DNA of 64,000 nucleotides. Origin: Chloroflexota bacterium. Lineage in GTDB: Bacteria > Chloroflexota > Limnocylindria > Limnocylindrales > CSP1-4. The notes beneath the pieces are model-generated. The model saw nothing but the letters and a program-made list of their open reading frames with translations. It was not told the origin of the DNA and did not search any database. Location: the NCBI GenBank assembly GCA_021789435.1, contig JAJYJO010000005.1, forward strand, positions 2,521-66,520, read 5' to 3'. The translations under genes were made by a program, and so were the position numbers. Within the stretch, counting starts at the first letter, position 1; every line of letters begins with the position of its first letter. Shown in pieces: positions 9,555 to 18,548 of the stretch.

Positions 9555-10816
9555 GCCGCGCCCCTTTGATCGAGCGCCGCCCGACCGGCCCGGAACTGGC
9601 CGTCTACACCGCGGTCGAGATCGCCGCCGGCCTCGGCATTTTGGCCTGGGCCTGCCTGACCCTGCCCCTGGCCGCCACGATCGCCGCTCCGGACCTGCCC
9701 GTGCCCGCGGCGGACGCAGCCGGGGTCGGCCTGGCCTTCTGGGTCGGCATCGGCCTGCTCGGCTCCCTCCGGACCTCCACGCTCCAGGGACGGGCGGTCC
9801 TGACCTTCGACGTGCCGTTCATCGTGGCCGCCATGATCCTCGGCGGCCCCCTGGCGGCCGGCTGGGTCGCGGCCCTGGCCGGCCTGGAGCTGCGCGAGCT
9901 GCGCGGCGAGGTCCCCTGGTACGGCGCCCTGGCCAATCACGCGGTGGCCGGCCTGGCCGGCGTGATCGGCGGTCTCGTGGTGATCTCGCTCCGGGTGACG
10001 CTGGTGGCCCTCGCGGGCGACCAGCTGGCCGCGCTCGTCGCCGCCCTGGCCGGGGCCTTCGTCTTCGCAGCTCTCGACGTCGGCATGGTGACGGTCACGA
10101 TCTCGCTGCGCGAGCGGCTCTCGCCGACCGAGGCGTCCGACATCTTCGGCGGCGCGTTCCGCCGGACGGCCGGGGCCGAGGCGATCCTCGGCTGGGTCCT
10201 GGCCCTCGGCTACCGGGAGGTCGGCTGGTGGGCGCCGGTCGCCTGCATCGCGCTCGTCCTCCTGGCCTGGCAGGCCAACGACGATCGCGAGGAGACGAGC
10301 CACGATGCGATGACCGCGCTGCTCAACCGCCGGGGCTTCCAGCGACAGCTGGGCCAGGCGGTCTGGCGGGCCCGGAAGGGAGCCGCTCACAGCGCGCTGA
10401 TCGCCATCGACCTGGACGGCTTCCACGACGTCAACAACCGGCTCGGCCACGCGGTGGGCGACGAGGTGATCAAGGCGATCGGCGGCCGCCTGCGCGCCGC
10501 GATCCGGCTCACGGACCAGGCCGCACGCCTGGGCGGTGACGAGTTCGCCCTGCTGCTGCCGGGAGTCCCGGACCTCACGACGGCGGAGATGCTCGCCCGG
10601 CGGATCCACGCCCGACTGACCGAGCCGCTCGGGCTGGCCTCGGGCCAGCTCGCGGTCGGGGCGTCGCTCGGCCTGGTCCTGCTCGACGAATCGGTCGTCT
10701 CCGGCGCCCAGGCGCTCGACGTTGCCGATGGGCTCATGTACGAAGCGAAGCGAGCCGGCGGCGGTGTCGCCAGCCGGCGGGCGAACTTGCCCGCCCTGGC
10801 GGCCGCTCCCGCCTGA
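9551..10816 (+). CDS. Membrane-bound diguanylate cyclase (multi-TM N-terminal domain + GGDEF domain with I-site)
   Basis: [55 protein letters not shown] (RxxD five residues before GGDEF). About 6-7 hydrophobic segments lie N-terminal to it. Confidence 0.85.
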   Translation: MSRAPLIERRPTGPELAVYTAVEIAAGLGILAWACLTLPLAATIAAPDLPVPAADAAGVGLAFWVGIGLLGSLRTSTLQGRAVLTFDVPFIVAAMILGGPLAAGWVAALAGLELRELRGEVPWYGALANHAVAGLAGVIGGLVVISLRVTLVALAGDQLAALVAALAGAFVFAALDVGMVTVTISLRERLSPTEASDIFGGAFRRTAGAEAILGWVLALGYREVGWWAPVACIALVLLAWQANDDREETSHDAMTALLNRRGFQRQLGQAVWRARKGAAHSALIAIDLDGFHDVNNRLGHAVGDEVIKAIGGRLRAAIRLTDQAARLGGDEFALLLPGVPDLTTAEMLARRIHARLTEPLGLASGQLAVGASLGLVLLDESVVSGAQALDVADGLMYEAKRAGGGVASRRANLPALAAAPA

Positions 10817-11011
10817 GCACTCCCCCTTCCGCAGCCGCTGGCCGCGGGAACCGGGTGCCGGTCCCCCTCGGCGACCAATCGGCCGGGACGAGTCGGGCGG
10901 CTTGCCACTGGACCGGACCCTCACCGCGGGCCAGACTCGACGGCGTCGAGACCGACCGCGGTCCGGATCGGGCCGCAGGCTCGACCCGCCTCGACGAGCC
11001 TCGGCCGGCAG

Positions 11012-11830
11012 GTGCCTGGAATGGTGAGTGGAGCCAGCTTCCGGCGGCGGGTCCGAATCCCGGGGATCCATCCGGTCCCGGTCCTCGCGCTGGGCGTCAC
11101 GGGCGGCCTGATGGCGCTCTGTCTCGTCGAGCGCGGGGCCGCGGCCGGCCAGGACGCCTTCGCCTACTGGCAGGGCGCCAGGACCTGGCTGAACGGCGGA
11201 GACCCCTACCAGCCCGCCGGTCCGTGGTGGCCGTATGTCTACGCTGTCTGGCTGCTGCCCCTCTTCGCGCCCTGGGCCCTGCTGCCCTGGCCGGTCGCCT
11301 GGGCGCTCTGGCGCGGCGCGATGCTGGTGCTCCTCGGCTGGTCCGTGACCTGGGCCTACGAGCGGCGGCCTGCCGCGACCGCCCTGGCCTTCCTGTTGCT
11401 TGCGATTCCGATCGGCGTCGTGCTCGATTCGGGCAACGTGGCTCTCTTCCTGGCCCTCGGCATCTGGGCCACCCGCTTCGTGCGACCGCCGGCCGGAGGC
11501 TTCCTGCTGGCGCTCGCCTCGGCCATGAAGTGGTTTCCGATCGTCTTCCTGCCCCTGCTCGGCGCCCCGGCCCGGCGCTGGGCTCTCCTCTTCCTCGGCG
11601 TGGCCGCGCTGCTCTACGCGGTCACCTGGCCCGCGACCGTCGAGCAGTTTCGGGCCGTGCAGGTCTCCGGGATCCCCAGCCTGTTCGAGGGTCCGCACGG
11701 ACTGCGGGTGGATCACCTCGTCTTCGGCTGGGCGGCGATCCCCTGGCTCTGGAGCCTCCTGGACCGGCCGCCACGCCCCCATCTCCACCTGCCGACCCGG
11801 CCGCACGGAGCGCTCCACCGGGCCGGCTAG
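11012..11830 (+). CDS. Polytopic membrane protein, GT87/DUF2029-like (putative glycosyltransferase)
   Basis: Multi-TM, Trp/Leu-rich. The [14 protein letters not shown] block resembles GT87-type mannosyltransferases. GTG at 11012 or ATG at 11021. Confidence 0.4.
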   Translation: MPGMVSGASFRRRVRIPGIHPVPVLALGVTGGLMALCLVERGAAAGQDAFAYWQGARTWLNGGDPYQPAGPWWPYVYAVWLLPLFAPWALLPWPVAWALWRGAMLVLLGWSVTWAYERRPAATALAFLLLAIPIGVVLDSGNVALFLALGIWATRFVRPPAGGFLLALASAMKWFPIVFLPLLGAPARRWALLFLGVAALLYAVTWPATVEQFRAVQVSGIPSLFEGPHGLRVDHLVFGWAAIPWLWSLLDRPPRPHLHLPTRPHGALHRAG

Positions 11831-11904
11831 GGACGGAGGGCCCTGTCCCGGCCCGCCCGGCCCGTGTACCCTGTGGCCCACACGGCGTCCCGGGAGGGAC
11901 CGAG

Positions 11905-13032
11905 ATGGCGCCCGAGGTCAACCAGCGGCCCGGTCTCGACGACGAGACGATCCGCAGCGCTCCCAAGGTCCTCCTGCACGACCATCTCGACGGCGGCCTG
12001 CGGCCGGCCACCATCGTGGACCTCGCCCGCGAGCAGGGCTACCACGGCCTGCCGACCTCGGATCCGGAAGCGCTCCGCCAGTGGTTCACTCGCGGCGCCG
12101 ATCGCAAGAGCCTGGAGCTCTACCTGGAGGGGTTCGCCCACACCGTCGGCGTGATGCAGCGCCGGGACGCCCTGGAGCGGGTCGCCGCCGAATGCGCCGA
12201 GGACCTGGCCGCGGACGGGGTCGTCTATGCCGAGGTGCGTTACGCCCCGGAGCTCCACCTGGAGGGCGGGCTGACGCTCGACGAAACCGTGGCCGCGGTC
12301 CTGGAGGGCTTCCGGCAGGGCTCGGCGGAGCGGCCCATCACCGTCCGCACGCTGCTCACGGCGATGCGGACCGGGGCCCACTCGCTCGAGATCGCCGAGC
12401 TGGCCGTCCGCCACCGCGACGAAGGCGTGGTGGGCTTCGACATCGCCGGCGCGGAGGCCGGCTACCCGCCGACCCGCCACCTCGACGCCTTCCACTACAT
12501 CGCCCGGGAGAACTTCCACTTCACCATCCACGCCGGCGAGGCGTTCGGGCTGCCCTCGATCTGGGAGGCACTCCAGTGGTGCGGTGCCGAGCGGCTGGGC
12601 CACGGGGTCCGGATCGTGGACGACATCCATCCCCAGGCGAACGGGCGCATCTCCATCGGCCGTCTCGCCGCCTACGTCCGCGATCGGCGGATCCCGCTCG
12701 AGATGTGCCCCACCTCCAACGTCCACACCGGGGCGGTGGCCTCCATCGACCAACACCCGATCGACCTGCTGCGCCGGCTCCGCTTCCGGGTGACCGTCAA
12801 CACCGACAACCGCCTGATGAGCGGGGTCACGCTCTCGTCGGAGTTCGCCACGCTGGTCCGAGTCTTCGGCCTGGACGTCACTGAGATGGAGTGGCTGACC
12901 CTCAACGCGATGAAGAGCGCCTTCTGCTCGTTCGACCTGCGGCTGCGCCTGATCAACGAGCAGATCAAGCCGGGCTATGCGCACCTGCGGGCGCTCGCCT
13001 CGCAGGCGGACATGCCGAGCCTGGTGGACTGA
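11905..13032 (+). CDS. add: Adenosine deaminase
   Basis: ATG at 11905 after [55 protein letters not shown]. Confidence 0.9.
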   Translation: MAPEVNQRPGLDDETIRSAPKVLLHDHLDGGLRPATIVDLAREQGYHGLPTSDPEALRQWFTRGADRKSLELYLEGFAHTVGVMQRRDALERVAAECAEDLAADGVVYAEVRYAPELHLEGGLTLDETVAAVLEGFRQGSAERPITVRTLLTAMRTGAHSLEIAELAVRHRDEGVVGFDIAGAEAGYPPTRHLDAFHYIARENFHFTIHAGEAFGLPSIWEALQWCGAERLGHGVRIVDDIHPQANGRISIGRLAAYVRDRRIPLEMCPTSNVHTGAVASIDQHPIDLLRRLRFRVTVNTDNRLMSGVTLSSEFATLVRVFGLDVTEMEWLTLNAMKSAFCSFDLRLRLINEQIKPGYAHLRALASQADMPSLVD

Positions 13033-13090
13033 GGTCCGGCCTGCGCCGGAAGCGTCCGGGACGGGGCCCGGGCCCCGGGCGCTCGGGGCT

Positions 13091-13118
13091 CCGCCAATGC
13101 GGCGAGCCGCATTGGCGG
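13091..13118. terminator. 12-bp perfect-stem hairpin between the convergent add and carbamoyltransferase genes
   Basis: CCGCCAATGCGG-cgag-CCGCATTGGCGG. It is preceded by the 14-nt palindrome GGGGCCCGGGCCCC (13063-13076). Confidence 0.45.
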
Positions 13119-13340
13119 GCGAGGTGGCCCCCCGACGCATGGGCCGCGGACCTCCCGAACCCAGCGCGGGCCGGACCGGCCTCGCGGCGGCTTGTCCGGC
13201 AGGACCTTGCGGGCCCCGGCGCGGAACTCCCCGGTAGCACTCCTCGAGGTTATGCGGCTCGTCGCATCGCCGGGCCGGCCCGGCCGGGCCGGCCAAGCCT
13301 GGCGGCCCGGCCGGGCGGCAGTGACGAACGGGCTGGATGG

Positions 13341-13370
13341 ACGGGCTGGATGGACGGCGGGCCAGCCCGT
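13341..13370 (-). terminator. 9-bp stem hairpin immediately after the stop of the 13372-14349 gene; overlaps a 13-nt tandem duplication
   Basis: ACGGGCTGG-12 nt-CCAGCCCGT. GGGCTGGATGGAC occurs twice in tandem (13330-13355). Confidence 0.4.
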
Positions 13371-13371
13371 T

Positions 13372-14349
13372 TCAACGCATCGTGAGCGCCATCACGGCCT
13401 TCTGGACGTGGAGCCGGTTCTCCGCCTCGTCGTAGACCACCGAATGCGGGCCGTCGATGACCGCGTCGGCCACCTCGATCCCCCGGTCGGCCGGCAGCGG
13501 GTGCATGTAGAGGGCCTCGTCGGCCGCCATGGCCATCCGCCGCTCGTCGGTGATCCAGTCGGTGTACTGGCCGGCGATCGCGGCCCCCTCGGCATCGTCC
13601 TTGGCCGTCATCAGGGCGCCCCAGCTCTTGGCGTAGACGACATCGGAGCCGCGCATGCCGGCCTCGAAGTCGTCGAGCAGCTCGAGCGAGCCGCCCGAGC
13701 GCCGGGCGTTCTCGGTCGCCTGATCGACGATCTCCGGCATCAGCCGGAACTCCGGCGGGTGGACCAGCCGGACATTCATCCCGAAGCGGGTCGCCAGGAG
13801 CGCCAGGTCCTGCGGGACGCTCAGCGGCTTCTGGTAGGAGGCTGCGTAGGCCCAGGAGACCGTGATCGTCCGGCCGCGCGGGTCGCCCAGCTTCTCGCGG
13901 ATCGTCAGCAGGTCCGCCAGCACCTGGAAGGGATGGCAGACCTCGCACTGCATGTTGAGGACCGGGACCCGGCTGGCCGCGGCCACGTCGCGGATGTAGC
14001 GGTTGCCGACGCCCCAGTCCACGTTGCGGATGGCAATGCCGTCGTTGTAGCGGCCCAGGATCTCACCGATCTCGTGGGCCGTGTCGCCATGGGCGATCTG
14101 CGTCGTCCGGCTCTCGATGAACTGGGCATGGCCGCCGAGCTGGGCCATGCCCGCCTCGAACGACGCCCGCGTCCGGGTCGACGAGAAGAAGAAGAGCATG
14201 GCCAGCACCTTGTCCCGCAGGAGCGGGTGCGGCTGGCCGAGGGCGCGCTCCAGCTTGAGCCGAGCCGCCACCTCCAGGACGGTCTCGATCTCTTCGTTCG
14301 ACCATCCCTGGAGGCTGACGAGGTCGCGGCCGCGAAGGTCCGTCTGCAT
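13372..14349 (-). CDS. Knotted-type carbamoyltransferase of the N-acetyl/N-succinyl-ornithine carbamoyltransferase (AOTCase/SOTCase)-YgeW clade
   Basis: STRTR, CHPFQVLADL, TVSWAYAASYQKPLSVPQ, SDVVYAKSWGAL, ALYMHPLPAD, DEAENRLHVQKAVMAL. From memory, these blocks are near-identical to Xanthomonas AOTCase and E. coli YgeW rather than classical ArgF (no DVWxSMG). Confidence 0.75.
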   Translation of the reverse strand: MQTDLRGRDLVSLQGWSNEEIETVLEVAARLKLERALGQPHPLLRDKVLAMLFFFSSTRTRASFEAGMAQLGGHAQFIESRTTQIAHGDTAHEIGEILGRYNDGIAIRNVDWGVGNRYIRDVAAASRVPVLNMQCEVCHPFQVLADLLTIREKLGDPRGRTITVSWAYAASYQKPLSVPQDLALLATRFGMNVRLVHPPEFRLMPEIVDQATENARRSGGSLELLDDFEAGMRGSDVVYAKSWGALMTAKDDAEGAAIAGQYTDWITDERRMAMAADEALYMHPLPADRGIEVADAVIDGPHSVVYDEAENRLHVQKAVMALTMR

Positions 14350-14359
14350 GGCGCGCCTC

Positions 14360-15313
14360 CTACTCCGCAGCGCCCAGGACCAGCGAGAGGAGAGCCATCC
14401 GCATCACGACGCCGTTGAAGGCCTCCACCCAGTAGCGCTGGTGGCGCGTCTCGTCCACGTCCTCCGGCAGCTCGTCCATGCGCGGCAGCGAGTGGAGGAT
14501 GATGGCGTCGCGCTTCGCCCGGTCGGCGAGCAGCGGCCGCGTGACTCGGTAGGCCTCGGGCGTGCGGCCGGTCTCGCTGCCGCGCTCCACCCGCGACTGG
14601 GTGTAGTCGGCCTGGACGACCGGCTCCATGTAGATCACGTCGGCGTCGGCGAGGCAGTCGGCGACCGACGGCACCTCGCGGTAGCTGACGCCCATCGCGT
14701 CGAGCTCGGCCTTGAACTCCGGGAGCAGCGACATCTCGGGCGGCGAGACGACGTCGGCGCTCAGGTCGAACTGCGACGCGGCGTAGAGGATCGAGTGCAT
14801 CGTCCGCATCCGCATATCGCCGACGCACAGGACGCGGAGACCATCCAGGGTCCCCTTCTCCAGCCAGATCGTGTAGAGGTCGGTCAGGACCTGGGTGGGG
14901 TGTTCGCCCCAGCCGTCGCCGCAGTTGATGACCGGCACCGAGGCCCACCTGGCCGCCTCGGCCGGCGCCCCCTGCTGGAAGTGCCGGATGGCGATCACGT
15001 CGGCGTAGTACTCCAGCATGTGGAAGGTGTCCTTGATCGACTCCTGGTAGAAGTCGCCGGCCCGCGTCATCTTTGCGTCGCTGAAACCCAGGACGTGGCC
15101 GCCCAGCCGGTGCATCGCCGCCTCCGTGGAGAGGCGCGTCCGGGTGCTCGGCTGGTAGAAGGCCGTCAGCAGCGTCTTGTTCTTGAGCAGGTCGGTGTTG
15201 CGGCGGTCGCGGGCGTACGGCTTGAGGTCTTCGGCGACCTGGAAGACACGCAGGAACTCGTCGCGGCTGAAATCCTTGAGCGACAGGATGTCGCGGCCCA
15301 GGAAGCTTCTCAT
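14360..15313 (-). CDS. Divergent aspartate-carbamoyltransferase-family paralog (carbamoyl-phosphate site kept, aspartate site altered)
   Basis: QPSTRTRLS, VINCGDGWGEHPTQVLTDL and NGVVMRMALLSLVLG are all PyrB-like. The usual SSxxKGE is MTRAGDFYQES, LYxTRVQKER is IYMEPVVQADY, and HPLPR is HSLPR. Its ATG overlaps the upstream stop (ATGA, 15310-15313). Confidence 0.7.
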   Translation of the reverse strand: MRSFLGRDILSLKDFSRDEFLRVFQVAEDLKPYARDRRNTDLLKNKTLLTAFYQPSTRTRLSTEAAMHRLGGHVLGFSDAKMTRAGDFYQESIKDTFHMLEYYADVIAIRHFQQGAPAEAARWASVPVINCGDGWGEHPTQVLTDLYTIWLEKGTLDGLRVLCVGDMRMRTMHSILYAASQFDLSADVVSPPEMSLLPEFKAELDAMGVSYREVPSVADCLADADVIYMEPVVQADYTQSRVERGSETGRTPEAYRVTRPLLADRAKRDAIILHSLPRMDELPEDVDETRHQRYWVEAFNGVVMRMALLSLVLGAAE

Positions 15314-16836
15314 GATCGTTCTCCCCTCGCTGACGGTATGGCGATCGACGGCCGGGCGGGCGACGACCGGTTGGGCGGTGGGCGACGGCGGACGCCCGTG
15401 AAGAGGACGGCCACCGTCTCGTCCGGGCGGAGGACGCCGCGCCGGGTGAGCTCGATCAGGCCGGCCAGGCCGGCCGACCCGGTCGGGTCGACGTCGATGC
15501 CGGTGGTGGCCCGGCCGGTCTCGTTGGCCTCCACGAGCGTCGGCTCGTCCACGACGATCGGGTAGCCGCCGCTCTCCAGCATCCCCCGGACGACGGCCAG
15601 CCAGTCGTAGGTCTCGTCGTCGAGAATGCCCCCGGCGACGCTCCGCGGCTCCTCCTCCCAGGGCCACATGAAGGCGGAGCGGTGCCGGGCGGCCCCGGCC
15701 AGGACCCGCCGGCCGGCGGCGGAGGCGGCCGCGACCCGCAGGCGCTCCGCGCGGGCCTCCTGGTCGGCCGGCGGCGCGGCCGGATCCTCGCCCAGCAGCC
15801 GCGCGGCCAGGCGATCATAGGCCCGGGCGAGGGGGAAGACCCCGCGCGCCTGGACGGCATGGAGCCGCGGCAGCGCGACCGGCTCTCCGAGCGACCTCGC
15901 GTCGTCGAAGGCCTGGACGCAGGCGGAGGCAAGCGCCCCGCCGCCGACCTGGACGAAGAGCCGATCCAGGGTGCGGCCGGCGGCCCGCAGCTCGCTCACC
16001 AGCTCCCAGCCGAGTGTCTCGCCCCCCTCGATCGCCAGCCCGTTCAGGTTGCCCTGGCAGGTGAAGGCGAGGGCGCCCCCGGCCAGGGCCGCCAGCAGCC
16101 GGTGGTAGGTCGGGTCGCCCCGCACGCCGGCCGGGCGCTCGCAGACTTCCAGCCGCGCCCCGAGCTCGCGCAGCCGGGCCACCACCGCCGGGTCCGCATC
16201 GGGGGGGATGAAGACGTCGAGCGGCCGCCCGGCGGCCCGGGCGACCACCGCCGCGGCCAGGGCGGCGTTGCCGCAGCTGGCGATCGCCAGCCGCCGGCCG
16301 GCCAGCCCGGGCTCGAGGCCTTCGGCCACGGTCAACTCCAGGAGCGTGCCCATCAGGTGGCGCGCCTTGTGCGAGCCGCTCACGTTGCCCGTCTCGTCCT
16401 TGACGAGGACCGTTCCCCGCTCCCCGAGCCCGATGGCCGCTGCCAGCGCTGCCTCCGGCGCGAAGGGCGTGGCCCGGAAGCCGTGCCCGTCCAGCGCCGC
16501 GATCGCGTCGTCCAGCCGGTTCACCAGGCCGACGTAGTCGGCGTCGGTCCAGCCGGCCGCCCGGGCGACGTGGTAGGCGTGGAAGAGCTCCCGGTAGCGA
16601 ACGAACGGGTTGGGTTCCTCGCCGGCCGGGGCGCCGGGGAAGTGGAGACGGGCGGGGTCCAGGCGGCGGCCGAGGACGTGGTCGACATCGTCTCGCGGAG
16701 TGGCCGCCGGGCAGGCGAGGGGAACCGGCTCCCCGGCCGGCGCCCTCCAGCCGCAGCCGGCGCAGGCGATCCGGGTCGGCAGGTCGGGCGCCGCGACCGC
16801 CGCCCCGCGGCGGTTGGGCCGGGTCCGGGACGTCAC
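15310..16836 (-). CDS. Fold-type II PLP enzyme, threonine synthase/TrpB-like, with N-terminal Cys-rich (Zn-ribbon-like) segment
   Basis: GTG at 16836 overlaps the upstream stop (GTGA, 16833-16836). CAGCGW...C at the N-terminus. [19 protein letters not shown] (PLP lysine), [23 protein letters not shown]. The 869-aa ORF upstream of 16836 is Arg/Gly-rich and non-protein-like. Confidence 0.65.
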   Translation of the reverse strand: MTSRTRPNRRGAAVAAPDLPTRIACAGCGWRAPAGEPVPLACPAATPRDDVDHVLGRRLDPARLHFPGAPAGEEPNPFVRYRELFHAYHVARAAGWTDADYVGLVNRLDDAIAALDGHGFRATPFAPEAALAAAIGLGERGTVLVKDETGNVSGSHKARHLMGTLLELTVAEGLEPGLAGRRLAIASCGNAALAAAVVARAAGRPLDVFIPPDADPAVVARLRELGARLEVCERPAGVRGDPTYHRLLAALAGGALAFTCQGNLNGLAIEGGETLGWELVSELRAAGRTLDRLFVQVGGGALASACVQAFDDARSLGEPVALPRLHAVQARGVFPLARAYDRLAARLLGEDPAAPPADQEARAERLRVAAASAAGRRVLAGAARHRSAFMWPWEEEPRSVAGGILDDETYDWLAVVRGMLESGGYPIVVDEPTLVEANETGRATTGIDVDPTGSAGLAGLIELTRRGVLRPDETVAVLFTGVRRRPPPNRSSPARPSIAIPSARGERS

Positions 16837-18329
16837 GCCCCGGCCATCCCGGTCCGGGCGTTGAATTCCTCGATCAGGAGGTCCCAGGTCGGGAGGACCG
16901 CCCGGATCTCGGCCCAGAAGGCCGGCTGGCGGCGGGCCTGGAACTCCTCGATCGTCACACCCCGCTGCTCGACCCAGGTGAAGTACCCCAGGTTGAAGAT
17001 CCGCTCGCGATCGGCCCGCGTCAGCTCCAGCAGGTTGTCCGCCCCGGCTCCCAGCACCACCTCGCCGAAGGTCTCGCCGGCGGCCACCGCGTCGAAGCCG
17101 GCGGGGAAGTCGCGAGCCAGGATCCGAGGCCACTCCGTCGCGTACATCGCCGCCCCGTCGGTGGCGACCGTCATCACCACGTCGGCGGGCCCCAGGCCCT
17201 GGTGGCGGGCCAGCTTGATCGCCGCCAGGACGTTGCAGAGAGCGGAGATCCCGAGCGACGGCAGGGCCGCCAAGAGCTCGTCCGGGACCCCGCGGCGACC
17301 GGCCAGGTACTCGCGACCGGCGGGCTCGTCGAAGAGGATGCCCAGCCGGTCGGTCGCGCGGTCGGAGATGGCGACCACGAAGTCGGTCGCCATCACGTCG
17401 TGGATCAGCGGGATGTGCTTGTCGCCGATCCCCTGGATGTTGTGCTCGCCGAAGCCGTTGGCCAGCATGGTCGGGCACTCGAGGGCCTCCACGGCGGCCG
17501 TCTTTGCGCCGAGCCGCTCCTTGAGGTAGTCGCCGGCCGCGATCGTGCCGGCCGAACCGGTGGCCGAGACGAACGCCGCCAGGCGCAGCTCGGGCCGGTC
17601 CGCCCGGAGGGCCTCGAAGACCCGCTCCAGGGCGCGGCCGGTCACAAGGTAGTGGACCAGGTGGTTCCCGAACTCGGAGAACTGGTTGAGGATGACGTTG
17701 GCGGGATCCGTCTCCAGCTCGGCGCAGCGGTCGTAGATCTCGCGGACGTTGCTCTCCGTGCCTGGCGTCCGGACGATGTCCGCGGGATCGGCCACCCAGC
17801 GCTCCAGCCAGGCGAAGCGCTCGCGGCTCATCCCCTCCGGCAGGACGGCCACGCCCCGGCAGCCCATGATCCGCGAGATCGCCACGCCGCCCCGGCAGTA
17901 GTTGCCGGTGGACGGCCACACGGCGCGCTGGGTCGTGGGGTCGAACTGGCCGGTGATCAGGCGCGGCGCCAGGCAGGCGTAGGCGGCCAGGACCTTGTGG
18001 GCGGCGATCATCGGGAACCGGTCGCCCAGGGCCACGACGATGGGTGCCTCCACGCCGGTCAGCGCCGGCGGAAGGACGACGTGGTCCGGCACCTCGACCC
18101 GGCTCCGGCGGTCGCCGCCGTTGTGCCAGTGGACGCGGAAGAGGTTGCGGGCATCGGGGGCGTCGGGGTCCACCTCTGCCAGCGAGGCGGTCACGCTCGC
18201 CGAGATCGTGGCCGGGTGGGCGAGCTGGGCGAAGGTCGGCAGGCGGATCCCGTTCTCCCGGAAGCGCCCGACCGTCCGGTCGTAGACGGCCCGGTCAACC
18301 AGTTCGTGCTCGAGCCCGAATCGCCGCAT
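16833..18329 (-). CDS. Fold-type II PLP enzyme, cysteine synthase/CBS-fold with long N- and C-terminal extensions (unassigned subfamily)
   Basis: [13 protein letters not shown] (candidate PLP Lys), [38 protein letters not shown] (compare TSGNTG...MPxxMSxER of CysK), [24 protein letters not shown] (compare HxIQGIGAGFIP). Confidence 0.65.
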   Translation of the reverse strand: MRRFGLEHELVDRAVYDRTVGRFRENGIRLPTFAQLAHPATISASVTASLAEVDPDAPDARNLFRVHWHNGGDRRSRVEVPDHVVLPPALTGVEAPIVVALGDRFPMIAAHKVLAAYACLAPRLITGQFDPTTQRAVWPSTGNYCRGGVAISRIMGCRGVAVLPEGMSRERFAWLERWVADPADIVRTPGTESNVREIYDRCAELETDPANVILNQFSEFGNHLVHYLVTGRALERVFEALRADRPELRLAAFVSATGSAGTIAAGDYLKERLGAKTAAVEALECPTMLANGFGEHNIQGIGDKHIPLIHDVMATDFVVAISDRATDRLGILFDEPAGREYLAGRRGVPDELLAALPSLGISALCNVLAAIKLARHQGLGPADVVMTVATDGAAMYATEWPRILARDFPAGFDAVAAGETFGEVVLGAGADNLLELTRADRERIFNLGYFTWVEQRGVTIEEFQARRQPAFWAEIRAVLPTWDLLIEEFNARTGMAGA

Positions 18330-18495
18330 CGCGCTCCCCTCTCACCCCGAAGCGGGGCGGAACCTCCCGCCGGGACGCCGCGTCGCCGCGCCCGCCGGCG
18401 GGCCGTGGGCGCCCGGCCGCGATGACGGCGGCGGGCCTCCGGCCGACGACCGGGTCGTGATGCCGGTCCAGGTCGGGCCGAACAGCACGCGTCGG

Positions 18496-18507
18496 GCGAA
18501 CGTTCGC
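18496..18507. promoter_or_regulatory. Perfect 12-bp palindrome GCGAACGTTCGC in the divergent PLP-operon/guaD intergenic region (candidate operator)
   Basis: Read directly. A second palindrome, ACGACCGGGTCGT, lies at 18446-18458. Confidence 0.35.
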
Positions 18508-18548
18508 TCGCTAGATTCCGCGTCGGCGGCCGCCGCCGGAAGGGCCAC

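Noticed and set aside
8771-11881. 1036-aa minus-strand ORF spanning the GGDEF and GT87-like genes. Similar giants occur at 2110-4284, 4064-6367, 6361-8286, 41166-43370, 48576-50636, 57666-59627 and 59965-61899.
   Set aside because: These are Arg/Gly/Pro-rich, lack recognisable motifs, and run antisense to genes with clear family signatures and proper GC3 bias. They are typical shadow ORFs of high-GC DNA, where stop codons are rare.
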